Virus record (IMG/VR): IMGVR_UViG_3300034106_006066
Coordinates: 1-60,896 of that record
Reading direction: 5' to 3' (one strand)
DNA: 60,896 nucleotides
DNA from: a virus
Taxonomy: Duplodnaviria > Caudoviricetes
The notes below the pieces were generated by a model that saw only the letters and a list, made by a program, of their open reading frames with translations, did no database searches and was not told the DNA's origin. This document shows positions 19,163-30,187 of the stretch, one piece after another. Position 1 is the stretch's first letter. Each line of letters begins with the position of its first letter. Made by a program: the position numbers and the translations under genes.

Positions 19163-20046
19163 AAGGGTATACTCGTTAATTGTGTTTTTTTTATATTTAT
19201 TGCGTACCAATTAAATAAACTTATATTAGAAACATCTCCAGAATATAGTATATTAGAAGACTCGCCTAGAATAATCATTTCTGTCATAGGAAAAATAGCA
19301 TCTTCTATAGTTTGACCATACATAGTAAAACCGTTAGGAATATGATTCATACTATGATTATCTAAATCTCTATAAAATACTACATTTATTCCAGAATCTT
19401 TTACCATTTTTTTAATTAGTGCTGAATTTGAACACATAAAATATGTGTTATTTAAATCGACTAAATTTTTTAGTTTATATATAAATGTATTTAAATTTGT
19501 ATAATTTATTGGATTCAAAGCCCTATAATAAATAGATTCAAAATTATTATTATTAAAATGTTGTTTAATAAAATCTTTAGATTGTTTAATTAAATTTTGA
19601 CTAAATACTGGAAAATATTTTACTCTATCATCAATATCATTAAAAGTAAAATTTATAAATGGTATATTTAAATTTATTATTTCATTCAAAAATAACTCAT
19701 TGGCATAAACATCAAATATACCAGGAATATTATTTTTTACATTATTATTTCTACCAGAATATATTCTTATATAATTAATATTATCATATACTCCTATTCC
19801 ATTAACTGCTATAAAAGCATTTTGTTTATTTAATATATAAAATTCATCCGCTATGCTTTTAATATAGTCTATATCTAATACCAAAGATAAAGTATTAACA
19901 TTATGAATATCATTAATTAAAAATATTACATATATATCTAAATATTTTTCTTTAATATATTTTATACAATTAACAATATCAAAGACACTAAGAAAAGTAT
20001 CCCCCCATCCATTTTGAAAATCAAATTTTAAAATTAATTTTTTCAT
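19159..20046 (-). CDS. putative fucosyltransferase-like GT-B (NodZ/GT11/23-like)
   Basis: NGWGD N-terminus, SIYYR, FMCSNS, EMIILGES..I....S.F. Confidence 0.55.
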   Translation of the reverse strand: MKKLILKFDFQNGWGDTFLSVFDIVNCIKYIKEKYLDIYVIFLINDIHNVNTLSLVLDIDYIKSIADEFYILNKQNAFIAVNGIGVYDNINYIRIYSGRNNNVKNNIPGIFDVYANELFLNEIINLNIPFINFTFNDIDDRVKYFPVFSQNLIKQSKDFIKQHFNNNNFESIYYRALNPINYTNLNTFIYKLKNLVDLNNTYFMCSNSALIKKMVKDSGINVVFYRDLDNHSMNHIPNGFTMYGQTIEDAIFPMTEMIILGESSNILYSGDVSNISLFNWYAINIKKTQLTSIPL

Positions 20047-20594
20047 TATGATTGTTTCTTTTTAAATGCACAATAATAATAATAATGACTACCCATATCT
20101 ATTGGAATTTTTAATTCTTTATTTTCTAATTTAATAAGCTCAAGCATAGGATAATATTCGCTCATTATACTATCATCTAAATCTGGTTGTAAATGTATTT
20201 CATATTTGTTTCCAAAAACTTCTCCTTGAGGCAAATAGTAAGGAACCACAACTATTAATTCTTGACATTTATCTTTAATTTTATTTAATAAATTTTGAGC
20301 TTCGATTCTGTCTAAATGTTCTAATATGTCTCCCATAATAATAATATCATAATATTCAAATTCAAAATCTAAAATATTTACATTATATATATTATCGTAC
20401 ATTTGTTCTAAGTTATATTCTTGGATATATGGAGACCATATCTCTACGGCGTCAAATTTATTAAAATGATCCGATAATAGTTTATAATAAAATCCATGAC
20501 CACAACCAATATCTAATATAGAAGAATTTTTACTAAAATTTTCTGTAAGATATCTTTTTACATCTGGTCCTAAGTATCCCCAATTTCCTGGCAT
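20046..20594 (-). CDS. class I SAM methyltransferase
   Basis: ILDIGCGHG, DAVEI, GDILEH. Confidence 0.9.
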   Translation of the reverse strand: MPGNWGYLGPDVKRYLTENFSKNSSILDIGCGHGFYYKLLSDHFNKFDAVEIWSPYIQEYNLEQMYDNIYNVNILDFEFEYYDIIIMGDILEHLDRIEAQNLLNKIKDKCQELIVVVPYYLPQGEVFGNKYEIHLQPDLDDSIMSEYYPMLELIKLENKELKIPIDMGSHYYYYCAFKKKQS

Positions 20595-20607
20595 AATATT
20601 CTCCTTT

Positions 20608-21483
20608 TTAATAAAAATATTGTAACTTATTATTTATTTCTGGCATAGATAATAGTATTTTATCTAATATTAATTTTGAATTAACATTATAATTTATAAA
20701 CTTACCATGTCTAACTATTTCTATATAGTCAATAACAAAATAATCATCATTTATAGATTTTTCATCAACATGATAACTTAGTGGTGGATAATGATAACAA
20801 TAATTTTTAAAATTATAATCAAAAAAATTATTTTTTTCTTCATAAAAAGCAAAATTATGTTTTGAATCTAATTGTCTTTTTTGTCCTTTTTTATTTAGTA
20901 TATCTGTATTATCCAATTGATGTAAACTAATATATGGATTATAGTTTAATAATTCTATTAGTGATATTTTTTTCCAAATACATGGTTGTACAGAATACAT
21001 ATGTCTGGCCGAGTTATCAAATTCATAAAACGAACCATTTGATGGAAAAGTATATTTTTGATATTCGATATTAGGTTTATTCCAGTTCGGCAAAAAATAT
21101 TCTAGGTGTTTCTGCGTTCCCAAAGCTAAATAATCTGCTTGTAAATCTTCTAAAAGATTAATTAAATCATTGAATATATGTTTTTTAATTACAGACTTTA
21201 TTAGATAATCATCGCATAAAAATACAATATACTTTTCTTTAATTTTTGGTAAACAATTTAATAAAACTTGACCAAAATGACCCCCATCATTACTAAAAGA
21301 TACATTAGCATCTATATATGTAACATTATTATCAATGTAACTAAAACTATTAGGTATTTTATTAGATACAACATATATATTTGTATCTAAGTCTTTGGTA
21401 TTTTTTATAGTAAATGGTAATGTTAATTCTAATAAATTAAAATAATTTTCATTTGTAAAAACTATAAAAGCTATATCGTTCAT
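20608..21483 (-). CDS. putative GT-A glycosyltransferase
   Basis: YIVFLCDDY, SVQPCIWK, IVRHGK. Confidence 0.65.
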   Translation of the reverse strand: MNDIAFIVFTNENYFNLLELTLPFTIKNTKDLDTNIYVVSNKIPNSFSYIDNNVTYIDANVSFSNDGGHFGQVLLNCLPKIKEKYIVFLCDDYLIKSVIKKHIFNDLINLLEDLQADYLALGTQKHLEYFLPNWNKPNIEYQKYTFPSNGSFYEFDNSARHMYSVQPCIWKKISLIELLNYNPYISLHQLDNTDILNKKGQKRQLDSKHNFAFYEEKNNFFDYNFKNYCYHYPPLSYHVDEKSINDDYFVIDYIEIVRHGKFINYNVNSKLILDKILLSMPEINNKLQYFY

Positions 21484-22856
21484 AATATTTTAGTTTTTTG
21501 TTTTAAGAAAATTTCTAAGTCTTCAGGGGTTCCTAAACCATACATTTTTTCTATATTAAATATTTTAATTTTTTTATTGTCGGAGATTGCTTCATTAAAT
21601 ACTGGACAAACATAAAATTCATTATTTACTCTTATATTTTTCTTTATCATTTCTTCAGAATATTTTACATAATCTGATCCATGCTTCCAATAGTATATTC
21701 CAACAGTAGCTATGTCTGATATCGGTTTTTTCTCCGCTACTTCTGTAACAAATCCAGAATCATTAATCTTAACAAAAGACCATTTTGGATGAATAGATTT
21801 AAATGTTAATATTCCAGCATCACAATTGCTTTCATTCATATGATACATAAATTCGTTTGAATCCCATTCTACAAATTGATCAGAATTGGCAATTATTAAT
21901 GGGTTGTTATTATTTATAAGATCTTTAGCTAATAATGTTGTACAAGCGGCCCCTTCAGTTATGCCATCTACTTCTACTATTTTAGAGTTTGGGGTTATTA
22001 TATTTAATAAAGTGTCCAAATTATATTTTTCTCTATGAGATTTTTGCACTATAAATATAAAATTAGCATCAATATTAATATTTTCTACAACTGTTTGTAT
22101 CATTGGTCTACCATTTACATCTATGAGTGGTTTAGGAAAGGTATACCCAGCTTTTTCAAATCTGCTACCAGCACCAGCCATTGGAATAAGAACATTAAGA
22201 GTTTTGTCTATCCACTTTGGAGATTTAATATTGTCTGTATTAATAGTATTAATTTTATTCATAATATTGCTATAATTAACTTGAGATGGATCTTCTATTC
22301 TTAGAATATGAGCACTACTTCTACTAGCAGCCAATAATCCATTTGGAGAATCTTCAAGAATTAGGGTTTCCTCTGGTAAAGATTTCATTGTAGACATACC
22401 TCTCCAAAAAATCTCTGGATGAGGTTTACTACTATCAATATCTTCATTAGATATAATAAGATCAAAATATTTAATAATTCCTAATTTACATAAAATAATA
22501 AAAACTGTTTTTCTTATACTATTACTACAACATACGATATTATATTTTTTATTTTTGAGTAAAGATAAACAATTTATTAGTTCATTTGATACAGAAATTT
22601 CCTCCAAAGATTCTACTGTTAGTTCTTGTTTTAATCTCCATATTCTATCAAATGAATCTTTTGGTAAATTTTTATTTTTACTTAATAGTTCTAATTTTTG
22701 TTTTGTTTTTAAACCGTCATAAATATTAATATGATCATCCCAGTTAATAACGAACTCAGATCCTTCTTTTAATAAAGCTTTATTTAAAGTATCATAGTGG
22801 ATTTTTTTTGTTCTAACCAGAACACCATCCAAATCAAAGATAATTGTTTTTATCAT
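21480..22856 (-). CDS. HAD phosphatase fused to sugar nucleotidyltransferase
   Basis: FDLDGV, KPHPE, EDS; then IPMAGAGSRF, PKPLIDV, EKKPIS, GLGTPEDL. Confidence 0.9.
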   Translation of the reverse strand: MIKTIIFDLDGVLVRTKKIHYDTLNKALLKEGSEFVINWDDHINIYDGLKTKQKLELLSKNKNLPKDSFDRIWRLKQELTVESLEEISVSNELINCLSLLKNKKYNIVCCSNSIRKTVFIILCKLGIIKYFDLIISNEDIDSSKPHPEIFWRGMSTMKSLPEETLILEDSPNGLLAASRSSAHILRIEDPSQVNYSNIMNKINTINTDNIKSPKWIDKTLNVLIPMAGAGSRFEKAGYTFPKPLIDVNGRPMIQTVVENINIDANFIFIVQKSHREKYNLDTLLNIITPNSKIVEVDGITEGAACTTLLAKDLINNNNPLIIANSDQFVEWDSNEFMYHMNESNCDAGILTFKSIHPKWSFVKINDSGFVTEVAEKKPISDIATVGIYYWKHGSDYVKYSEEMIKKNIRVNNEFYVCPVFNEAISDNKKIKIFNIEKMYGLGTPEDLEIFLKQKTKIL

Positions 22857-23301
22857 AATACGAATCTCTGTATTTACTTATCTCATCTGAGCATATTCCT
22901 ATACATTCTTTTATTTTGTCATTGTGTAGCTCTGGTAGGACAGCTATGCTGTTAGGAATAGGTTGTTTTCCAGGATATGCCCAGATATAACCTATAGAAG
23001 TCAAAGAGATAGTATCATTTTCATGCCAAAAAAAATTAAAAGAATTATTTTGAAGTTTTAAAAATAGTAAACTATCTATATTCTTACAATGAATCCAAAT
23101 ATATTTTATTCTAGATTCTAGCCAATCTAAATCTATATGATATTTGGGATGGTCATGACCTGTCCATAATTCATTATTGATATACCAAATATCTAATTCT
23201 ACATCATAGCCATTTTTTATCGCACTATCTAAATAGATTGGATTATTTTCTAATGATTTTATAGAACCATTAATATTTCCTCTGTGTGAAATAAGTATCA
23301 T
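22834..23301 (-). CDS. glycerophosphodiester phosphodiesterase-like protein
   Basis: ISHRGN, EN, DVELD, GHD, GICSD. Confidence 0.8.
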   Translation of the reverse strand: MILISHRGNINGSIKSLENNPIYLDSAIKNGYDVELDIWYINNELWTGHDHPKYHIDLDWLESRIKYIWIHCKNIDSLLFLKLQNNSFNFFWHENDTISLTSIGYIWAYPGKQPIPNSIAVLPELHNDKIKECIGICSDEISKYRDSYYDKNNYL

Positions 23302-24566
23302 TACAGGCTTCCAGTAATAGGATCACTCCAACCCTTACTAATACTATGGGGCCATACTATCCAACTGTGTGGTTTTTTAGGAGTTTGAAATTCTCTCCAA
23401 ACCTTGCAATATCCATCAGGATCATTTTTCATTCTTAAAATTTCATCTTTATCAGCATCTTGTCTATGTATGTCCTGCCCATTTTCGTCTTTAAATGCAA
23501 CAGCCCAAAAATCATAATCGTCAAAAGGAACTTGACTATATTGAATATCAATACAATGTTTAAAAATAGTCATCAAATGAGTTTGAAATTCTTCATAAGT
23601 TAGATTGGAAGTGTCTGGGTCTGGCGGAGGTTTGTGATCTTTTACTCTTTGAGTTATCGCTCGTTTCTTAAAACATAGACCGCTGTATTTTTCATAATCT
23701 TCCAGTGTTCTTACTTTTCCAAATCCATACTGTCCAAAATCTATATCTCTTTTTTCTCCGTCCATTTCGAATAGTTTTCTATTTCTTAAATGACAAGCAT
23801 TGTTTCTGGTTACCCAAATTTTATCATCATCCCATTGTTTTGTTCTTCCTTTTCTGGTATATTCATGCCAACATACAACCTTATGAGGATGGAAGATATC
23901 GTACCCATGAGTATAAGCTCTAACAGCTATACTAATTTCTTCTCCATGAAAATAATAATTAGGATCATGAGGAACTTCTGTACAAAAATCTCCAACACTA
24001 AAAGCAAAGTGAGCACTATAAAATCTTCCTGGTAATGGATCATTAGGATTATCCCATGAATCAAATGTTGCAGGAAGGAAGAATACTGCTCCTTCTGGTA
24101 TGAATCTATCAAAATTCATTTTCCAAGGGGTCATTACTCTGGCTGATGGATCATTCTCAGGATCAAAACTTGGAATATATGATGTAATTAATGGTTTTTT
24201 ATGTCCTTGTTTTTGCAAATCTTTTAACATTGCTATTAAAGTAGAGTCCCAGTTTTTTTCAAATCTATGATGACTATCTAATTGTAGAGTATATTTTTCT
24301 CCTTGATACAAGGATTGCACTTTATTTCTTGCCCAGCATACTCCTTGACTTTCTTCATATGGAATATCTAGTATTCTAAATCTTTCATCATCTTTGTAGT
24401 CATCAAGAGTATCCCAACTATCATCTGGGTGATGTTGCCATGATATTCCTACTCTTAGATTTTCTGGATATTCTGCTTTTTCAAGCATATCCTTAAGTGT
24501 TGGCAGTAATTGGGGATCTCTATACGAAGCTATTTGAACAAATATAGTGTTTTTCTGTTTAGGCAT
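23301..24566 (-). CDS. Skp1/mucin-type polypeptide GlcNAc-transferase (GT60-like)
   Basis: IFVQIASYRDP, GVCWAR, LQLDSHHRF, VPHDP..YFHGEE..AVRAYTHGYD. Confidence 0.85.
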   Translation of the reverse strand: MPKQKNTIFVQIASYRDPQLLPTLKDMLEKAEYPENLRVGISWQHHPDDSWDTLDDYKDDERFRILDIPYEESQGVCWARNKVQSLYQGEKYTLQLDSHHRFEKNWDSTLIAMLKDLQKQGHKKPLITSYIPSFDPENDPSARVMTPWKMNFDRFIPEGAVFFLPATFDSWDNPNDPLPGRFYSAHFAFSVGDFCTEVPHDPNYYFHGEEISIAVRAYTHGYDIFHPHKVVCWHEYTRKGRTKQWDDDKIWVTRNNACHLRNRKLFEMDGEKRDIDFGQYGFGKVRTLEDYEKYSGLCFKKRAITQRVKDHKPPPDPDTSNLTYEEFQTHLMTIFKHCIDIQYSQVPFDDYDFWAVAFKDENGQDIHRQDADKDEILRMKNDPDGYCKVWREFQTPKKPHSWIVWPHSISKGWSDPITGSL

Positions 24567-24568
24567 GA

Positions 24569-26233
24569 TTAACTTTCTTTTCTTTCGTCTTTATGGTAAA
24601 AATGTACTCTATTGTGTGTTATTGGACTAGCTAATAATATTGCGGATCTTATTTTATTTTCTTTAGTGAGATTATATATATGACTCATCCATGTTTGTTC
24701 AAAAGGACGATCCCATTTTGTATCTAGAAAGCATTTTTTATTACCTTCTTGATCTATAATATGAGGCCAATTACTGTAGTAAATCTCTCCTTCTATATAC
24801 GGAGTATTGTTTATGCTTTTTATATGAGTAAAATTAGTCAAAGGTCTTTTATTAACTCTGCCGAAGTATTTTAATCTATTGGAACTAGGAACATTATGCC
24901 AGCTCCATTGCTCTCCATTATGTCCATAGAATTCACTAAAGCTTAATTTTAAAAAATCATATTCTTCTGTATTCATAATTTTTAAAAGAGTATCAAATAA
25001 AGTATTTACTTTTTTATTAAAACCAAAATTACAATTACCAGATAAATCTAAAAGCATATCGTCTTCAAAAAATAACATATATTTTGAACCAAGACCATCA
25101 AAATGTTCTGCTGCAAACTGCCTTCCTCCACAAACCCCCATGTTTCCATTTTTTATCTGTTCGCTAAAATTATATTTTGTTACAATAGAATCATATTGAG
25201 CGAAATATTGATCATCTGTTGAATTATTGATAAGTATTTTATTAGTTTTATTTATAAATTTATTATCATTTTTTTCAAAACTATCTAATACCATCTGTAA
25301 CTGATCAGGAGAGTTAAAAGTATTAATATATAATACAATATCATTATTTGAATATGATTTTCTAGGATTTTTAGCGGCAACCTCAGCCATCTCTGTATTA
25401 TTATTCTTTAGATTTTCAAAAAAAGTAGAAATTAATCCATCTCCATTTATTTTTTCAAATTTATAAATATCAGGATCTAAATATGTCATCAATGTAAAGA
25501 TACTCTCCTCAGTACCCATATAGCCATTATTTAGTGAACTACTTAAAAGTTCATAATATTTATTATTAGCTTCTGATATATAATCTATATGACCACCAAA
25601 AAAACCACCACGAGCTACTCTATCAACCTTTTCTCCAGCCATATTGTTCATTTCATTAATACTAAAACCATGAACCTCACTATTTGTTTCATAAGGAAAA
25701 CAGATAAAAAGCATTTTTTTAACTATTTTTTCTAGCTTATTGAGAATCTTATCATGACTAAAATAGCCTGGATGTACAGTATTTGTTATTCCACCATCTA
25801 ACCAAAACATATACTCTGTACTAAATGGATTAAATATTTTAGCATTATGCAGCAGGAACATCTTGCTCATTACCATAGGATTGTAGTATTCTAGTCTGGC
25901 TTGTGTGCTATCTTTTAGCCATCCAACTTGATTTAACCAACTATCTTTATTTCTTATCTCTTGAACTTTATCGAAAAATGGAAAAAAACTACCACTAAAC
26001 TGATTTTTTGTGTGATGATATACTCTGGTATTTTCTTTTGATCTATATTTATATACTAATTCTTCATTATCGGGATCTATAAAAACTATGAGAGGAACAT
26101 CCTCTGGCAAAGACTCTAGTAATTTAGAGAAATTATTCAGATAATGGTGGAATGATCTGCCCCAACCATCAGATAGAGAATCTCTACTAAGATCCCATAT
26201 GCCAGTAACAATAGTAGAGTTAATTAATTGCAT
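24569..26233 (-). CDS. HtrL/YibB-like domain fused to GT2-like domain
   Basis: TIVTGIWD, SKMFLL, NPF..YMFWLDGG, GGFFGG, GTEES; C-terminal FFEDD. Confidence 0.75.
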   Translation of the reverse strand: MQLINSTIVTGIWDLSRDSLSDGWGRSFHHYLNNFSKLLESLPEDVPLIVFIDPDNEELVYKYRSKENTRVYHHTKNQFSGSFFPFFDKVQEIRNKDSWLNQVGWLKDSTQARLEYYNPMVMSKMFLLHNAKIFNPFSTEYMFWLDGGITNTVHPGYFSHDKILNKLEKIVKKMLFICFPYETNSEVHGFSINEMNNMAGEKVDRVARGGFFGGHIDYISEANNKYYELLSSSLNNGYMGTEESIFTLMTYLDPDIYKFEKINGDGLISTFFENLKNNNTEMAEVAAKNPRKSYSNNDIVLYINTFNSPDQLQMVLDSFEKNDNKFINKTNKILINNSTDDQYFAQYDSIVTKYNFSEQIKNGNMGVCGGRQFAAEHFDGLGSKYMLFFEDDMLLDLSGNCNFGFNKKVNTLFDTLLKIMNTEEYDFLKLSFSEFYGHNGEQWSWHNVPSSNRLKYFGRVNKRPLTNFTHIKSINNTPYIEGEIYYSNWPHIIDQEGNKKCFLDTKWDRPFEQTWMSHIYNLTKENKIRSAILLASPITHNRVHFYHKDERKES

Positions 26234-26354
26234 GACTCAGGATTGATTTGTGGTGGGTTATAGGTTATAACTCTAAGAGAGTAATATCCACAGCGCTGCT
26301 AAATAATATGTAGCTAGACTATTACAGTCAAGATCTAATAATTTTATTTTGGGG

Positions 26355-26382
26355 TTGACACAGCAAATCTTTGAAGTATTAT
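26355..26382 (+). promoter_or_regulatory. sigma70-type promoter at strand switch
   Basis: TTGACA-N16-TATTAT. Confidence 0.6.
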
Positions 26383-26413
26383 CATTTTGTATATCCTTTC
26401 GAGAGGCTTGAAA

Positions 26414-26608
26414 ATGAAAGATGATGATTTTGTTGATCGTAAAAATGATAGAAGAAAAAATATAAAACAGAAATCTGTTAAAAAAATCTTTGTTGATGAA
26501 AATGATGATAAAATTATTCATAAAAAAATTAAAAATCAAATAAAACAACAAAAACAAGAAATAGATAACGAAGAGTGGGAAGATTGGGATAGGTATTACA
26601 ATCACTAA
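26414..26608 (+). CDS. small charged hypothetical protein
   Basis: GAGG RBS, ATG 26414. Confidence 0.65.
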   Translation: MKDDDFVDRKNDRRKNIKQKSVKKIFVDENDDKIIHKKIKNQIKQQKQEIDNEEWEDWDRYYNH

Positions 26609-26609
26609 T

Positions 26610-26846
26610 ATGAAATATTTAGAAGAAATTCAACCAGGGGATTGTTTTGAATATAAGAATAAACCTTACTTACTTACTCAAGACTTTAAAAAGAATGGGA
26701 ATAGATTATGTATAAGTTTGATTGATGGATTCCCAAGTTGGGTACCTCAAGATTCTATTATAGAAAGTTTTGATTTATTTAGAATGGATAAAGATAATAA
26801 TATTATAGCAATTAAAGAAAGAAAAAAGACAGATGTTGCTAGTTAG
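26610..26846 (+). CDS. hypothetical protein
   Basis: Tightly packed ORF. Confidence 0.7.
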   Translation: MKYLEEIQPGDCFEYKNKPYLLTQDFKKNGNRLCISLIDGFPSWVPQDSIIESFDLFRMDKDNNIIAIKERKKTDVAS

Positions 26847-27084
26847 GATACAAACCTTTTTAAGATCATTATTTTGGCATATCTACTCCGGTTCCCCAAA
26901 AAGTACGAAAGAAGAAATTAATAGTAGATATCTAATATGTATCGGGTGTGAGCAGTTTGATAAAGTTAAATCTCAATGTGATATATGTGGATGTTTGGTA
27001 AAAAATAAAAAAGTATTTCTGAATAAATTAGCTTGGGCAGATCAAGAGTGTCCTTTAGGAAAATGGAAGAAGACAATAAGGTAA
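26833..27084 (+). CDS. Cys-rich small protein (CxxC..CxxCGC..CPLGKW)
   Basis: Metal-binding Cys pattern common in phages. Confidence 0.75.
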   Translation: MLLVRIQTFLRSLFWHIYSGSPKSTKEEINSRYLICIGCEQFDKVKSQCDICGCLVKNKKVFLNKLAWADQECPLGKWKKTIR

Positions 27085-27088
27085 AGCT

Positions 27089-27676
27089 ATGAAAACATTT
27101 ATTAACTCAAAGAGTAATTCAAATATAACATTATCAAATAGAAATATTTTTGATACGATTATTAGCAGAATAACTGCTGAACAAAATGGATGCTCAGTAT
27201 TTGTTCCTCACGTATGTAATAATATCGATATTTTCGGAGCAGGATTCGCCGCTCAAGTAGCTGAAAAATTTCCCTCCGTAAAAGCAGATTATCATTTATT
27301 AGGAAAAAAGTTTTTACAAAGCAATTTTGGTTATGCTCAGATACTAAAAGTAGCAGAGGATCCTAAATATAGACATAGGTTATTTTTCATTAATATGATC
27401 GCTCAAAACGGAACAATAGGACCAAATAATCCTAGGCCAATTAATTATTTTGCTTTAGCTAAATCTATGAGCTTATTATCTAATTATATAGTAAATAATA
27501 CTGGTTTTTTGAATGGGCAAGAAAAAGTTGAAATTCATTGCCCTAAATTTGGTAGTGGTTTAGCTGGAGGTAATTGGGACTTTATATCTAACTTAATAGA
27601 AGATATCTGGAGTAAGTATCATGTGACAGTTTATAACTATAATAAGAAAAATAATTATGTTAAAAAGACAAATTAA
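27089..27676 (+). CDS. macrodomain (ADP-ribose processing) protein
   Basis: HVCNN...GAGFA, NMIAQ, PKFGSGLAGGNW. Confidence 0.85.
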   Translation: MKTFINSKSNSNITLSNRNIFDTIISRITAEQNGCSVFVPHVCNNIDIFGAGFAAQVAEKFPSVKADYHLLGKKFLQSNFGYAQILKVAEDPKYRHRLFFINMIAQNGTIGPNNPRPINYFALAKSMSLLSNYIVNNTGFLNGQEKVEIHCPKFGSGLAGGNWDFISNLIEDIWSKYHVTVYNYNKKNNYVKKTN

Positions 27677-27950
27677 TCCCGAAGGCTTGCTTTATTGGAC
27701 TATTAATAGATTAAAATATAAACATAAAGAAGATCAAAAAATACTACTGGAATTATCTAGAGTATTAGAAAATTATAAACTATTTCCTAGGAAACTTCCA
27801 CTAGAATTTATAGATTCTATTTGTAAAAAACATTATCCTGATTTTGATTTAGAAAAAACCCCAGACATGAATATAGGTTATACAGATAAAGAAAGAATGC
27901 AGATTAGAAATCTTATTGTTGAAATAATAAAGGACATATCTCAACAATGA
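27657..27950 (+). CDS. hypothetical protein
   Basis: Overlapping ORF in operon. Confidence 0.65.
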   Translation: MLKRQINPEGLLYWTINRLKYKHKEDQKILLELSRVLENYKLFPRKLPLEFIDSICKKHYPDFDLEKTPDMNIGYTDKERMQIRNLIVEIIKDISQQ

Positions 27951-28795
27951 AATTATCTGTACTTGGACTATGGAGAGACTCAGAATCTATAATAAATAGA
28001 ACATTATCTACCTTAGATAATATTTCTAAAGAAAATAATACATCTTTTTATTTTTATGAGAATGATTCTATAGATAATACAAAAGAATCTCTCCAAAAAT
28101 GGATAGACACAAAAAATGGTTTCTTATTAAGCGAAAACATAAAAGCACCAAAATTTGGCTCTGTTCCTGATATACAAAGACTTATATTACTATCTTATTA
28201 CAGGAATAAAGCAAAAACATTATTATTAAATTCAGATTCTGAATATACATTACTGATTGATACAGATATTAATTTTGATATTAATCACTTAAATATTTTG
28301 TATGAATCAATAATTAGATTAAATTGTGCTATGGTTATAGCTAATACGAGGCAGCATCAGATAGCGGACTTGATGAATAATCAAACCATAGATAGCTTTT
28401 ATGATGTTTTTGCTCTAAGAGATGTTTTCAATAATAATGGATTATATTTTACTGATTGTCCTTTTATTCTTAATCATAACAGAGAAGCTTGGATAAATAA
28501 TCAACCAATTAGAATACTATCTGGATTTAGTGGTTTTGCATTAATTCGTACAGATATTTTAAAACAACAAAATTGTTTTTGGTCTACTTGTGGACATTCT
28601 GAACATGTAAATTTTTGTTATAATATTAACAGATATGGTGAGATATTTATTATTCCAGAATGTAAACCTACAACAGATATAAATCTATCTAGTATAAATT
28701 TAGAAGCGTGTAAAAATATAGCTATAAATCAAAAAGAAAAAATTAATCAAATTAATCATATATTTAATCTATCAATATCTACTAAACTAATATGA
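27947..28795 (+). CDS. GT-A glycosyltransferase (CAP59/Anp1-like)
   Basis: YENDSIDNT, LSYYRN, IDTD, FYDVFALRD, SGFSGFAL, SEHVNF. Confidence 0.75.
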   Translation: MKLSVLGLWRDSESIINRTLSTLDNISKENNTSFYFYENDSIDNTKESLQKWIDTKNGFLLSENIKAPKFGSVPDIQRLILLSYYRNKAKTLLLNSDSEYTLLIDTDINFDINHLNILYESIIRLNCAMVIANTRQHQIADLMNNQTIDSFYDVFALRDVFNNNGLYFTDCPFILNHNREAWINNQPIRILSGFSGFALIRTDILKQQNCFWSTCGHSEHVNFCYNINRYGEIFIIPECKPTTDINLSSINLEACKNIAINQKEKINQINHIFNLSISTKLI

Positions 28796-29559
28796 TATCT
28801 ATTTATTCTTCAGCATTTAACTTAATTAAAAATAATTTTGATTTTGTATTTAGTATTAATAATTTTTGCAATTTTGCTAACGAAGTTGTTATAGCAGTTA
28901 ATACTAGCGAAGATGATACATTATCGTCTCTTATAAATCTAACAAATACATATAAAAATCTTAAAATAATAAGTACTAATTTTTCTTATGAAGATCCTTT
29001 ATTAGACGGTAAAATAAAAAACGAATCATTACAAAATACAACACAATCTATTAAAATTGGATTAGACATGGATGAATATATTCCATTACGCCAAAAATCT
29101 ATATGGCTACAATTAGCTCAACAGTTAAAAAATGATGATTGTTATTGTTATATGATTCCATCTATTAATCTATATAAAGATTATGATCATTATTTTTCGA
29201 TAACTCCAAAATGGTATATTCATAAGTCTGGATTATTTAGAGGTCCAGTAAATTTTGCTAGAAAAAATAATGGAACTATAGATACTAGTAAGAGTGATAG
29301 TTGCGAACTAATAGATGATAATGGTAATTTGGTCAGTTCAAAAATAGCTCCATATCATATAGATGATTTAAGAACAGGATTATTTCCTTTTGTTGTTCAT
29401 ACTGGATATCTTAGTTTAGAAAATAGACTATTAAGAAATAAAAACTTTTGGAGTGATCATTGGTTAAAAGAATCAGGAGGTGAAAAACCGCCTCATAAAA
29501 TTCATGAAAAACTAGAAGATTTTGACTATAATATTCAACAACATGCGTTAAAAATATGA
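28792..29559 (+). CDS. GT2-like glycosyltransferase
   Basis: EVVIAV..SEDDT, LDMDE, VVHTGY. Confidence 0.75.
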   Translation: MISIYSSAFNLIKNNFDFVFSINNFCNFANEVVIAVNTSEDDTLSSLINLTNTYKNLKIISTNFSYEDPLLDGKIKNESLQNTTQSIKIGLDMDEYIPLRQKSIWLQLAQQLKNDDCYCYMIPSINLYKDYDHYFSITPKWYIHKSGLFRGPVNFARKNNGTIDTSKSDSCELIDDNGNLVSSKIAPYHIDDLRTGLFPFVVHTGYLSLENRLLRNKNFWSDHWLKESGGEKPPHKIHEKLEDFDYNIQQHALKI

Positions 29560-30185
29560 TACAAACTTATTGCCTACATCATATCCCAGCCACAGACAGA
29601 AAGGAATATCTGCTTAAAAATTTCGACACAAACAACTGGCATTGGATTACCGATTATTTACCAACAGACGAACAAATAGTCAATCATCGAAGAGTCTCTT
29701 GCGAACACTCTGCTAATAAACAAAACTTTTTAAATGCAGCAGAATTATCTTTATTTTATAAACATAAATTAGCAATAGAGATTATTAACCAAAAACAAGA
29801 ATTTTCTTTGATCGTTGAAGACGATATCGAACGTCCTAATTTTGATTTACAAGATACAATAAATATTTTTCTTAGAATGATGCTAGAACACTCAACAGAT
29901 ATACTATTTGTGGGATCATACGGCAATTGTGATTTAAATTTACAATCTCCAAATATTTTATGTAATAATTACACACTAAGTAGATGTACTCATGCATACA
30001 TACTCAATCCTAAATGTTCTAAAATGTTATCAAAATACTTAGCTGATGTCAAAGCTCCTATAGATTGGCAGCTTAATTATGCTATAAATGATTTAAATCT
30101 TAAAAGTTGTTGGAGTTCACCACATTTATACCAAAGAACTGAAAAAATGCACATAGCATCTCTAATTAGAAAGAACATATCATAA
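29556..30185 (+). CDS. GT25 family glycosyltransferase
   Basis: DRK, ELSL..KH, LIVEDD, THAYIL, PIDW. Confidence 0.8.
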   Translation: MIQTYCLHHIPATDRKEYLLKNFDTNNWHWITDYLPTDEQIVNHRRVSCEHSANKQNFLNAAELSLFYKHKLAIEIINQKQEFSLIVEDDIERPNFDLQDTINIFLRMMLEHSTDILFVGSYGNCDLNLQSPNILCNNYTLSRCTHAYILNPKCSKMLSKYLADVKAPIDWQLNYAINDLNLKSCWSSPHLYQRTEKMHIASLIRKNIS

Positions 30186-30187
30186 AT